A stretch of 59,993 bases of DNA, filler included, from Thelocarpon superellum (taxonomy: Eukaryota): the NCBI GenBank assembly GCA_026025795.1. It is 3 parts of 3 records of this genome, joined end to end, with 100 filler letters (N's around TTAATTAATTAA, not from the genome) between each part and the next. Parts side by side here need not be neighbours in the genome. Positions count along the whole stretch, not along the records: positions 20,091 to 40,069 come from JAPEUG010000337.1; positions 40,170 to 59,993 come from JAPEUG010000338.1; 1 more part is not named here. One strand, written 5' to 3'. The position numbers and the translations under genes are program-made. Below, piece by piece: positions 37,101-49,892 of this stretch; the first letter of the stretch is position 1; every line of letters begins with the position of its first letter. The notes beneath the pieces are model-generated. The model was not told the origin of the DNA. It was given only the letters and a program-made list of their open reading frames with translations, and made no database searches.

Positions 37101-39051
37101 ATGCACTTGCCGGCTTGTCGTGGGTGCGTTGACTTGGGACGGAGGGAACGAGAGAAGAATTCAGGTGTACCAAGTAATAAGATCCATGGCGAATCAAAAT
37201 ACACCTATTTTTCCACCATTACCTTCCCCTTCTCGTCTTTCGTTTATCATTCTTCGTACTCTACTGCCTATCCATCTGCACGATGCCGCATGAAGTAGGC
37301 ACCACTTTTTTCTCTTAACTGACCCGCGACCTGTGACCCGTGACCGTGACTGCCTGCATCCAAACACACGGCTGGCCCCCGATCCACGCCACTTACGTCT
37401 TCGTGTCACCGTCTCCAAGCCCACCTAGCTTACGTGCATATGCATGGTATTTCTCCAGGCACAATTGCAAGCTCGCCGATACCGACGCCGGCACAGCCCT
37501 CTGCGACACCGGCACTGACACTGCCCCACCAATACTTCCTCCTCCACCAAATCTGCGTTGGACGCGTGACGAGGGAGTGAGTTGGCTAAGTCTTACATCC
37601 CAACCACCTACCACGCGCAGAGTGTGGGCAGTATACTCGCACGCATGAAGTTACAGTACTCATCTCACTTCAGCTACGTGCATGTGAGATGGCCCGGTCA
37701 TGAGTTCAGCTTTGTGGATTGCAACTACCGTGTCCTTCTTGCACTCAAGACGATCCGGCAGCTGGTACCATACGCTCCAGCCCAAATAATGGAAGCCCTC
37801 GCACAATTTTTCGCGTAGGTAGTGGTGGCAGTCACAGCAGCGTAGCACAAGAGACGCGACGAGAAAGAGAAGAAAAAGCGGGGAGGAAGGTGGAGCGAGA
37901 AAGTGAAACATGTCTTACGTGTGAATCGTAAAATGTGCAAAAGTACTCTGACGATCATGGTTTCTCAAATGATGCATGGCCATTCTGGCCTTGTGTACGT
38001 ATTACAAAGACAGCGTAGCATATGGACCAGCAGCGACACAGCCATCGAAGGGTTACGATCGACGTGTCTCCGGATGCTCGATGAGGGAGCTGCGATTGGA
38101 GAGCCAAAGAACAGCCAAGTTTCACGGTCAGTGAAAGACAGCGAAAATCCAGAGTATGGAGGTATGTGGAGAAACCCGGGGGGGGGGTCCCCGGAGGACG
38201 CTCGGTAGGCTTCGGGAGGGAGGATGCCCTCCGCGACGACAGAAGGGTAAGTAGCACTGGGGTGCTGAGCGGAAACGCCCCCTTGCCCCGGCCGCGTGAA
38301 TGGTGATTCCTCCTGATTGGCCCCCGGCAGTGCCGACCCAGCTGTCCCAGCTCCATCTTTCTGCCGGCGGCGCGGATACAAGAGCTTGGGATTCCCGATC
38401 CTCTGAAACCCCGTCAATCTTCAAAATCGATAGTCGGTATGCGAATTCGAGGGCCTGTCCAATTGCAGTTCAGGGCGTCGCAACGAGGCAGGCGATTCTC
38501 GGAAGGACCGACACTCGGAGCTGCTGTGTATGTGTGAGAATTGAGAGTCCACGGCCCGATTGCTTGTGTCTGCGTGAGCACCCCGTCTTTGGAACCTCTG
38601 CTCTTCCTCTTCACGTCAGGTGGTGGTCGTGCATGGGGGCCTCTCTACCACCACCATCAGGACCAGCATGGATCCAGGCCGCCATGGCGGCTTCCTCGGG
38701 TTGAGCTCGCTGCGTTGGTCTCAGTTTGCCTGCCTTGAATTGCTGCCTTGGGCTTGCAAGTCTCACCTGCTGGCGGGCATTCCGTTGGATGACACTGCAC
38801 GGCGAGAGAGATGCCTTCGCATTCTTTCTCTCACGCTCGGCGGTGGGGTCGTTATCGAAATTACCTTTGAGCCTGCGCCTGAGGTCTATTTAAACAGAGA
38901 CCTCGCCGGGAAGAAAGCCCGTCACCCACCGTTCTATCATCATCCATCCACCCGGAAGAAACATCTCTCGATCAGATTCACTCCCAAGATCCCACCCCTT
39001 GAATCGCTTCTCTGTCTACCTTGTCTCCACCGATTCCTTCCGACATTCAAA

Positions 39052-39546
39052 ATGCTCTCCAAGACCATCTTTGCCGCCCTTGTCCTTGCCTTGACGGCGT
39101 CGGCCACCCCCCTGGATGTCCAGGCTCGGAATGACGCCCTGGGGCCCGCCACGGGCAACAACGGACCGAGCGGGGGCAACAACGGCAACAATGGCGACCA
39201 TAACAATGACGGCAACGGCAGCGACAACGGCAACTGCCAGCCAAACTTGACGCAGTATTGCTGCAATAGCATTCAGAATGGCATTCCCCTCATTGGTACC
39301 CTTGGCGTCGGCTGCACCGCTGTTGGTCGTGAGTCTTGTCTGATCCCATTTGATTCGACGGGAGCCTTACCATCCCCCAGTCCTTGCCGGGAATACCTGC
39401 GCGCAGAATGTCGCGTGCTGCAACTCGGCGCCCGTGGTAAGTTTGCCCTGTCACCGACGAAATCTTCGCACTGGATCGAGACTCATTCTTTTTCTTCGTA
39501 GAATGGTTTCCTCAACATCGAAGTCACCTGCCCGCAGTTCCTGTGA
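39052..39546 (+). CDS. Class I hydrophobin, 3 exons (introns 39329-39380 and 39437-39501)
   Basis: Signal peptide plus eight-Cys pattern C-x7-CC-x16-C-x10-C-x5-CC-x14-C after splicing; TATTTAAA at ~38887. Confidence 0.93.
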
Positions 39547-40069
39547 GCGGTGTTTCTCCAAGACGACGGGGAGTCACATCTCTGGCCTTGGAACTTCATA
39601 GTGGCGGACTGATGGAAATGGAAAGGAGGTGATAACGGTGCCAGTTCCGTCTCGATGGTTTCGCCCTTTCTTTCTCATGCAATGTTCGTCACGACGGGTC
39701 AGCCCTCGTAATGTATCTTGCCAGCTGCTTCCTTTCCAAACTCCTGGCTGGCAAACGAAAATCTTGTAAAGATCTTGTCCTACAGGCTAGAGCGATCAAT
39801 GTCACGAGATCGTAAAGTCGAGCAGAGGTCGTGCAAAGCGCCTGACCTAAGACATTCATATCTCCCGGGGATTGGAAGGCCAGCCTACCTAGATTATAAT
39901 CAAGTGAGCTCTCCATACCGTTAGTGCCCAAAGACCCACTTCGGCATGTGATGGAAAGGAATGTTGGCCGCAGCCCATCGAGCCTTGAGGTCGACGAGGA
40001 GCTCCAGAGAGGTCCAGCGATCGGCGCGATCTATGGTCAAGGACTGGAAATGGCACATGTTGAGCGCCT

Positions 40070-40169
40070 NNNNNNNNNNNNNNNNNNNNNNNNNNNNNNN
40101 NNNNNNNNNNNNNTTAATTAATTAANNNNNNNNNNNNNNNNNNNNNNNNNNNNNNNNNNNNNNNNNNNN
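40070..40169. other. Artificial 100-nt linker N44-TTAATTAATTAA-N44
   Basis: Same structure as 19991-20090. Confidence 0.95.
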
Positions 40170-41104
40170 GCGACGACCGCGGACCGACGCGAATGCAACG
40201 ATCCACCAAGTAGTCGATCCCCGTGTTCCGGTCGAAGGCGATGAAGCTCCGCCGCCGTGGTTCAGATCCCGGCTTCCCACGGGCTTGTTTCGAAATGCCA
40301 ACACGGCACCAACGGAGTCGAGCAACTCGATGGGTCTGACGGAAGCAACGGAGCAAGTCCAGGGTCGCAGCTGGCGATCTCGTGTTGCGATGCCATCGCG
40401 ACCTAGTTGGCTACCTGGCCTGCGACCGACGAACGGGGCAGCGGCTGAATCCACGCAAACGCCGGGCCAGCTCGAAGCGGCGGTGCGATAGAGATGCATC
40501 ATCCTTTTCTCTTTATCTTGGGACGTGGTTATGATGGATGGATTGGTTTGATTTGAACTGATTTACTGCGTTTATGTCTCCTCTTGTGCTCCACTTGAGA
40601 GAAGGTTATGCGGGCGATGGATCTGCAACGGGCGTCTTGCAGGACGGACGCGTCCGAGGATTTGAGGGAGAGTGTGGGAGGAAGTCATGAGTCCTTATAT
40701 TCTTCTCCGCTCACCTATTGCACCTGAGGTTGTCACCGGAACGTCGAGTAGGGCGGGAGGGGATGTTCGGGTTGGTTTCGTCAATCAGTCGGCCGGTCGG
40801 TCCTCTCCACCGCCTGAAGGAATGAGGGAGACAGAAATGGAAGGGGAAAGACGGGATTGTCTTGTCTCACCTATTGAAGGCATTTACATTTAGCTTTGGT
40901 GAAAATAGCGTCCTATGTGAGCGAGTGAACACGAATGAGGGAGCACGAGTGTCAGCGTGATCCAGCACATACAGATATCTATTTCATTGAAACTATCCTT
41001 GAACGAGTGAGAGGACGAGAGTGAATGGTCTTGAGGATGGTGAATACAGTAGCGTATAACGCACGGGAGGATACAAAGACGTAGAAGTAGTCATCTCACT
41101 GGAT

Positions 41105-44100
41105 TTATCCACAGACAACGCATTCGAACCTTTCATGTCCATGTCCGCGTCCATTTCCGACAGCACTTGCGATTCCTCTCGCGTGGTCACCTTCCAGCTC
41201 CTCGGCCCTGGTCCCGGTCCTACCATGCTCACCGGTGGCTGAACGAGGCAGAGCACCCTCCTCCCCTTCGCGTCTCAAACGAACCAAGCAGCTCCTGTGG
41301 AAAATGTGGCGACACGAGAAGATAAGAAGAGGGCCCGTTTGCGGGGGCGGTTCCTCTTCGTTTTCTTCCTTCGTCCCGCTCGTGCTTGCATTCGCGTTCG
41401 GTCCCGAGCCGGCTTTCGCATGCTGTGCCGAGGAGGACGAGGATGAGGTTGACAAGGAGGAGGCGGGCAGAGCTGGTAACGCGGAAGCAGAGGCAGCCAC
41501 GTCCCTCCCCTTTCCCCTTTCCGCACCTCGTTTCGACCAAGCCGATGCGTATCTTACTGCTCTCCGCTCTGCGTCGCGCTTTCCCCGTTCCTCGCCCGCC
41601 CGCCGCCAAGCCTCCCATACCTTGGCACCCGCGCCGGGTCCCCACACTCTGCGCCCACAGATCTCGCACACCTGGCCCTGCGGGCGCCATCCGCGCTGTC
41701 GTAGTTCCGCAATCTGCGCCACGTGCACGAACAGGTCTTTCTCTAGTAAACTGTTGGCCAGTGCGAGGAGCGACTCCTGGTATGCGTACGCCGAGAAGAT
41801 CGTGCCGAGCACGCTGCGGAGTTCCGTCAAAGAGGGCGAAGAGAGCGTGGCACGCGCGAGAAAGGCACGTAGAATACGCAGGAAGGCGTGATTTGCTTGC
41901 GTGGGAGGGCCTCGGCTGGCCGTGGCGGCGGTCGGTGTGCTGCTTGCTGCCGTTGTGCTGTTCAAGAGCGCCGTGAAGGTTTGCTGGACAAGGTTGCGGA
42001 GTCGTGTGGTGATGCTCGCCATGTCAAGCGTGGAGACGGACTGGGTGTCGGTAGGGGTGGAGTCGTCGCGGTTCGTGGGAGGAGGGTGAGGCATGTGGGC
42101 CGAGACACTCTTCGTGACGTGGACAATCGTATCGATCAAGTCAAGCCAGAGCTTCTCGTCGATCGAGAGCTCTTGCTTGGCGTTCCGGCTTCCTCGGACC
42201 GCCGCTTTTGACATGGACCGTGACCCCTGCATCGTCTTCGTCTGTCCTTGACATAGCCAGATGCCCACTCGCGTGTACTTCTCCAGGGCCTCGACCAGAT
42301 CCGCCGCCGCTTCTTGCGTGTTGGCGAGATCGGGACTCTCCGCCGCGCCGTCCAAGAGGCCGAGAAGGGCCGCTTCTAGCGTGCTCAAGTGGCTCGTCAG
42401 TCGATCTATCGCCTCTCGTACCTGTCCTTCTCGCGCCATGAGCATCACCGCGGCGTCCACCACACCGTTGTCTTCCAAGGCCGGAAGGACCTTGTCAAGA
42501 CGTAGATCACCAGACTGCAGCGCTTCGATGTAGTCCGCCACATGCCGCGGGTCATACTCGCACATGAGCCGAATATACGCCTCCACGAAGGAGGTATTGG
42601 AGGGCCGCTTCGGCCCTCCCACGTCTTGGCTTCGCTTCGAATCCGGTTCCAGCACGGTCCGGAGATAGATGTATTGTGTGTGCCGGTCATCCTCGAGCGA
42701 CGACAAGATCATCTCGTGAAGCTCAGGGGCGTTTGCGCCAATGACTTCCGCCGTTCGCACCGTATCAATGGCTGCAAGGTCGCGTGCATGGTCTTGCACC
42801 ACCCGCTTGACCTCCCGCACCTGTCGCTCCGTGAGGCCCGCCCGAGGGCGCAGACAATCACCGATGCAATCATAGACCGCGTCTTGATCCTCGGGATCGG
42901 CAAAATAGGTCCGGACCAGCATCGCGTACCGATGGTCGGCCTTGTAGACGGACTTGAGCACGCGATAGAACCGCGCGTTCGTGAAGAGCGGGATCAACGA
43001 GTCGATCTCCGGTGGATGATACATCGACAGCAGATATTCGACGCTGAGTTGGCAGTCTTCTGCTATCTCATCGCTCGGATATCGGCAGAGGCCCTCGATG
43101 ACTCGATGTAGCGCAGTACCGGACAGGAGGATGAACTGCGGAAATTTGGGCAGGTTTCGCGCGATGAACATGTCTAGGTAGATAGTGACCGATGGCGGAT
43201 AGTCGGCCGCACTCATGACCTCGGACAAGATGCTGACAACGTATTGCCGCGTCACAGAAAGACCGAAGATCTGGTCATCCCCAATATTCTTCGTCGTGCC
43301 CCCATTGACCATCCGATCCGGCGCGCCGTTCAGGAAGCCGTCCTCAAATGCCTCGTTCAATACGCCCAGGAAGCTGGGCGCATCAAACTCGAGGAAGAGC
43401 CTCAAGTACGGGAAGGACGGCTCGCTCTCTTCCCGAGATCGGGTGAGCAGCGTTGTCCCGCTCTTCTTGGGCCACTCCACGTTCTTTCCCGAGAAGAGAA
43501 AGGCATACAGCTCGGCCTTGGCCCGTGACGCCACGTCGGCAGACATCTCCGCCCCGGTCGGATACACACGGCTCGTCAGGGTAAAGGCGAGGTAGGGAAA
43601 CATCTTGAGCGCGCTGATCACGTGTTCGGGGTCTTGCGCCGCGTCATTCTGAGGCGCGGGCGAGCGCCCGAGATCGGTGACCAAGGAGAGAAGGTCGATC
43701 AAGGGGGTCAAGTAGTCGCCAATCGTCTGATTCCAGACATAGATAAAGGCGTCGAAGAGGTTGTGCTGCTTGCACAGCGTGGTGATCTGGTCAATATCCA
43801 TCGCGTTGGGATCGAGATGGCAGATCATCTCTTCGAGGCGACCCTGCAGATGACTCCCGCTGTAGTGAACGATGAGTCGCTTCATTACCGTTGGAGGGAT
43901 AGCCGTGATCTGGCCCTCGCGCACGTACGGCTCCAAGGCCTCGAGAAACGTTCCACTGGCGGACGCATCTTCAAAGGCCTCAAAGACATCTTCGAAGAGA
44001 AAAGCGGACGCTCCCACGCTCAGACACGCCACAAAGCATGCATTCGCCAAGTGCATGGTCGACCGTTCTTGGTCGTCGCCGTCCTGGAAGGCCTGCTGCA

Positions 44101-46187
44101 ACGCAGTCGCGACCGTGTCGAGGAGCCTTCCCTCGACGGCGGTATGGCGCGCTTGGGCATTCTCGGGCAAGCCCACGGTCAATATGTCGGCCTCTCCGGT
44201 GTAGTAGGATGTCACCAGCTCGATGGCGCGCACGACCTCGCCGGCGTCCATCAGCGCGCTCAGTCGGTCGGCCCAATTGGAGAGCACCCCCACTGAGACG
44301 TCATCGAAACCAAGCACGAAAAGCCGACCCTTGTACGCACGAAGGCTCTGGTAAAAGGCATCCGCGACGACGCCGCGCATGGACGCGTCTTCACCCTCGG
44401 CGGGTTCGACGAGGGCCTGCAGCTGCTGGGAGAAGAAGTCGTGATGATAGATATGTTTGTGGATTAGATCGAAGGAGTCCGTCGTGCGGAGGGCGTCGGG
44501 ACCATCCTCAATGATCAGTAGCTGCTGCGTGATGGTCAGGACGCCGAGTACGGATCGGCTGAGCCATTGCACGGCCGCGATGGGTTCTTCACCCTTCCAC
44601 CGCGTGCGCGGGCTAAAGATAAGCTCCGGCGGCGCCTCGCGAGCGGACGCTTCGGACGGCTTCTGCTCGGTCACGTCGAGGATGGTCAAGATATTGGACC
44701 AACAATACACGAGCTTCGTGGTGGAGGTAGGCCGGGGCGCATCGGCATCGACGGCTTTCAATTTGACCGCGGGAAACCAAGCCAGACAGCCCGTCAGTGC
44801 GCCGTGGGCCATCTTGTCCTTGGGCCGTGCCGCCTTGTGCTGCGTCTGGGCCACGGGGGTGGTGGAGACGATGACCAACAAATAGGGGGTCAGCATCGCG
44901 ACTAGGCCCATCTCATCTGTGACCTGGCTCACGTTGCCCAAGGGCAGCGTGGCAAAGGCCAGTACGGTGCTGGGCTTGCGGGCACGACCGGCCGTGGGGA
45001 GGTCGTTGGGATAGCGGCCCAGGATGCGCTGGGTTTTGACGGATCGACCGGCGGCGCCCAAGCCCCGTGTAGCCAGGTGTGAAAAGGCCATGCCTCGGTC
45101 GTCGGCGGACACGACCGCGGTGTGCCTGGTGCCCAGAAAGCCAAGATGCACAACGGCCATATCCGGTACGTGTCCATCGGCGCGACGGGGTCCTGGTTGA
45201 GGGGATGGCACCGGGGGGATGTGGAGAAAAGGGCGGGCGGGCTTGGCCAGGTCCCAGGTAAAGACGTGGCCACTGGCATGACCAGCGGCGACGGTAGTAT
45301 GGTCGGCAGATATGGCCAAGGATGTGACGGCGCCTGCTTCAACCGCTTTGCTTCCCGGACCGATGATGGACTTCAGCGTCTGATTGTAATCGAAGATGAG
45401 GATGATGCCCTTGGCCGTGCCGACGGCGATGACGGCGGCGATGCTGATTCCCGTAGCCTTGCCGAAGTTGCGCTTGCCGGCCTCGGAGAAGAGCTGGCCG
45501 GAGAGCTTCTTCAATTTGGTCCATCGCACTACCTCCCACGGAGCCGGTGGCGTATCGTGCTCGCTCTCAGGCCGGATCAGCTGGCTTGAGATGGACGACT
45601 GACGCGAATGAAGCTTCAGGAAAGCCGGCGAAGAGGGACGCGATGTGCCCAGGGCAAGAGAGGACAGCCGTGACTGGAAGCGCCGGTCAAAGGGGCGGGG
45701 TGACGCGGCCGGGCTTCGTCGACGGGTCGAGGCCAGAGAGGCTGGGGAGGGCGGAGCACTTGGGCTCCCCACGGATGAGAGGATTGACGCCTGCGCAGTT
45801 AGACCGCTGCAATCTCGATCGGGGAACAGCCGCAGCTCTTACCTGGAAGGACGGGGTGTCATCCGGGGTGGAGAAGGAGTCTCGCGGGCTGGCGAGTGCC
45901 TGGTTCAGGATTGAGGGCGCGAGCTCGGAGGCATCCTCATCGGCGTCGGGCTCAGACTGGTCTGGACCCTGAGCCAGCTTGCGATAGCTGTTGAAAAAGG
46001 GGTCATCGGAGGCGGAGTGGCTGTACTCTATCTCCTGGCGCGCGAGCTCAGCCACGGAGCCAGGGACCGATGGCGTAGGCGTGCTGCCCGCAAGGCCTCG
46101 GTCATCGGAGGCACCGTTGGGGCGATGTGCGCGAATGGGCAGCGAGTCTTGTGCACCATGATCGCTCCCCTCTGACGAAGAGCTCAT
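41105..46187 (-). CDS. VPS8: Vacuolar protein sorting protein 8 (CORVET subunit); intron 45791-45842
   Basis: STPDDTPSFQ|ASILSS, PFDRRFQSRL, PWEVVRWTKLKKL, WD40 region, alpha-solenoid (LEEMICHLD..LCKQHNLFDAFIYVWN) and C-terminal RING-like CEICGRRVWGPG..FSCRHIFHRSCL..CVVC. Confidence 0.95.
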
Positions 46188-46686
46188 CGGAGACTCAGGC
46201 AGCACATTGCTTCCTCGTCGACGAAACGGGACCGTCGCCGGCGTTGGACGGTCTGGGGGTGGCGTGAGGGCGCTGCACGCGATTCTGCCCCGTTGTGAGC
46301 TGAGCGGTATGTGGCAGAGGGCGTCGTCGTCCAATCGACTCCAGGTGGACGCTTGAAGATGAGCGATGACAGTGGTCAAGGTCGAAAAAGGGACTGAAAT
46401 TGACGTTCCTGCTTATACTAAGCTCTATCAATATCATGGACACTGTCGTTCTGTCCTGTTCATACCGGCGGGAGATCTCCAGGGATCAGCAGCTGCTCCA
46501 TATGGTGCGAAGTACGAAGATCTCCTCTACTTCGTACGTTGCCAGCACTCGGACTCAGTATGCTACTCGTACTCGTGCCTGTCGTTGGCTCGGGCTCTAC
46601 CGAACACGAGGAGCTCTCCCTCAATAGTCACGCAACGCCTGACCGGATCGCCCCTCCATGAATCTGGCTCATCGACCCCACCAAAC

Positions 46687-47675
46687 ATGCCGGCCATCGG
46701 ACCCACCCTCCCACCTTCCCTCGCGGCCAAGAGAAAACATGAAGAGGATGACGAGGAACTCGGACCAGCTCGGCCGCCCGCTGCGGACGAGGATGGCCGA
46801 CGCTCTGTCAGTCCGGCGACGGCAGAGAAACGACGGCGCGTCCTGGGACCGTCATTACCTCCGCCCTCGGGATCAAACCCGGTGGCCGAGCGAGCACCCT
46901 CTCCTCCCCGTGAAGGTGACGACGAGAGCAGCAGCGACGATGGATTTGGGCCTGCCTTACCGCCCGCAACCGCCGAGGTACGTGAGATGCTGACGGGCTA
47001 CGATTCAGACGTCGGACGCTAAAGGCGGCGTCACCAGGCACAGCGAGAGGTAGAGGTGCAGCGGCAACGGTGGGAGGACGAGGTGGCGCGAGAGGAGCAG
47101 AACAAGAAGCCGCAGCGAGAAGAGTGGATGCTCGTCCCGCCCACCTCGGACGACTGGTCGTCGCGGGTCGATCCGACCAAACTACGCAATCGCAAGTTCA
47201 ACACGGGCAAAGGCGCCAAGGCGCCCGTGGCCAATGCCGGCGCCGAGCATGCCCTCTGGACCGAGACGCCGGAGCAGAAGCGGCAGCGGCTGGCGAACGA
47301 AGTAATGGGCGTCACCAAGCCGGCGACGGAGGCGCCAGTGGATGCCAAAAGTGCGCGGCGGATGGCCGAGGATGAGGAGACGGCGCGGCAGGTGCAGGAA
47401 TACAATGTGAGTGCCCCCCTCCTGCCCACCAAACACTCGCGGGGAACATGAGGGCTCATCGAACGGTGTGATAGAAAACTCATCGCCACGGTTCCCTTTA
47501 CCACGAGCACAAGAAGGCGGGTCCGCGAGAGAAGGAGGACGACCCGAGTCAGCGAGCTTTTGACCGCGAGAAGGACATCGGCGGCGGGCAGAAGATTGGG
47601 CACGCAAAGCGAAAGGAGCTGCTGAATCGAGCGGCGGACTTTGGATCCAAGTTTGCTCGTGGGAGCTTCCTGTAG
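46687..47675 (+). CDS. GPALPP-motif / DUF3752 family protein, 3 exons
   Basis: IGPTLPP, VLGPSLPP, FGPALPP, QREEWMLVPP, LWTETPEQKRQRL, EDDPSQRAFDREKDI and the ending FGSKFARGSFL. Confidence 0.9.
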
Positions 47676-49027
47676 CCTGACCTGAGCAAGGGCTTGGAGA
47701 CTTCCATGCCCGACCACGACAGCGACGAGATTAGCGTGTAGCTGGCCGGAAAGCTGCCTTCATCTACCTACGTCGACCCGGTCCATGACGCCTCGCTCAA
47801 ACGAGGCGAGGTTGTCATCGGTCTTTTCAAGCGTAAAGACGTGCCGGATCCTCTACCTGCCAGCAGTGTGTGCATGACTTAGATCTTGACTCTTTGAACC
47901 ATCATACAGCTCCAATTTCCTTCTCAACACATAAATGAAGAAAGAGAAGGTGGATCTTCTTGCCGCGCAGAGTCAATGGGCATTCCTCGTCTTGTAATGC
48001 CCATTTGCCGAGGGTCAGGGTACACTCCCATTCGACCGGTCTACACAGAACATCGTCGGGGCAAGCCATTTCTGATGACAGAGTCGTCGAAGTTGGAATG
48101 TAGCGCGCATAGCCGATAGTTATGTGCTATAAATACAAGGGGGAGCTCACCCTTGTTACACGATCCGCTACAGATTTCGGGCCAATCGTGCCCATTATTC
48201 TCACCGTGACCAAAGATTGCTCGGTCGCTCACCAGATACCAAAACAGCGGCGGGTCATTCGTGAGAGCGACAATGCGTGAAGGAGGGTAGAGGTCCAGAC
48301 TACCTCAGAAACCAGTGAGGAAATCCCTCGCAAATGCAAGGATCAGAGGATGAGTGCCAAGTCGAAGTTGACGTCGCGTCTTCCGACACATGGCTGACGC
48401 AGCCGACGTGGAAGGGGAGGTGTATGCGGCGCGAGAGAAAGTGGCTGGCCGGTCGGCAGTTTGAGGTGGGAAATCATCCGCGTTGGTGACAGCATCTCTC
48501 CGCTTGTGCTACGTATGAGCTCTCCTACCCTCCCCGCTATGGTATGTTAGTGGTTCTCGTTGTAACTGGCGCCACCCCTGTCCCTCTCCTCTCATCATTT
48601 CGTGTCCTACCCCCATTCATTCACTCTTTCCTTTACCCTTGCCCCGTCACCGCTTCTCGCCCCTGGCCTTCTCGGTCGATAGAGCCATACTTAATTGTAA
48701 TCCGTGGACTGGACTTGATCTCGACGCCTCTGCGTGTCGGACGACACCGTGCTGAAACAGGCTGTCGCTAACGACGCTACATTCCCCTTCACCCCTCCGC
48801 CATCCACAGGGCTAGCATCCGATCGAGGTGGCTGCCCGTCATCCATTTGCCCAAGCATCTTGTGGCTCAATGGGTCTTTGACCGGCGCACCTCACCGACG
48901 CTGGAACGAATAAACCCGGTCCATCCCCCAAGTCGTCTTCCTTCTTCCGAATTGTTGCCACACGCGTAGCAAGCTGAAGATCGTCCACCACCCCGTCCAC
49001 TGTCCCCGTCCACCATCCACTGGGGTA

Positions 49028-49600
49028 ATGGCATCCACACTCCGCGCCCGACAGTTTGTCGGCGGCCAGGACCCCAACGACAACTATGCATGGTGGGACA
49101 CGACGGTAAGCCGCCTGGTGGGAAGACTCTTGTCCAAATTGACAGGTCGAACAGACGGCCATCATCATCAAGTGGGCCGTACTCGCCGCCATCTTTGTGC
49201 TCATCCTCCTCTTCTTGGCGGGTGCCTACTTCCATGCAAATCGACGTCTTAACAAAGGACTGCCACCTCTGGCATATCATCGCTGGCTGGTCCGGGGCCA
49301 TCGCCGGACCCAGCTGGAGCCGCAGTTCGCCTCGGCCCCGCCCCCGCACGATCAATTCTCCTTCTATCAACCACAGCCAGGGGGCTACAACATGTATCCC
49401 ATCCCCCCGCCAGGTAAGTATCCTTAAATGCATGCCTTTACGACACGCCACCGCAACCGTAACTCTAACCGTGAGCAGCATATAATCCGAGCCACCCATC
49501 TCCTCCCACTTACCAACCGCCAGTGGACTTTTGCAAGGCCGACCTGGCCCGACAATATCCTTCGGCGCCACCTCCGTCGGCAGGGCCTCTAGCTGGCTAG
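49028..49600 (+). CDS. RCR-like single-TM, PY-rich small membrane protein, 3 exons; frame stays open past the TAG to 49693
   Basis: WWDTT|TAIIIKWAVLAAIFVLILLFLAGAYFHANRRLNKGLPPLAYHRWL..YNMYPIPPP|AYNP..PPTYQPP; introns ~49106-49154 and 49414-49478. Confidence 0.82.
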
Positions 49601-49892
49601 GGAGAAGAGCAAGCGGGCCCTAGCTATGCGTCATATCCGCATCCACAGCCCCTTCCGCCTCAGACCACGGGGAGCACCAAGCCCTTTCAGTAGAGCTCCA
49701 GAGGGATTACGGCGTTTTGCGGGACCCGAGCTATAGTCTTCACAGCATGTGTGATGCTACATCATCTTTGCTTCATGTATGGTAGTGGCGTCGAGGTACA
49801 TGAATGGAAGGTATCAGACGGAGGAAAAGGATTCGGTCCCCTGTCGGGACACATACGGCACAAAACGAGATCCCAACCGCAAATGAATGTGT

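Noticed and set aside
37280..37818. Possible small spliced gene between the secreted protein and the hydrophobin
   Set aside because: Splice-like signals are present but I could not build a consistent in-frame model.
40170..40502. Minus-strand ORFs running into the second linker
   Set aside because: No recognisable domain; too little sequence to support a gene.
41229..45972. Many long antisense or alternate-frame ORFs over VPS8 (likewise over ALA1, KRE33, PTA1, DEP1)
   Set aside because: Shadow ORFs caused by high GC3; no independent motifs.
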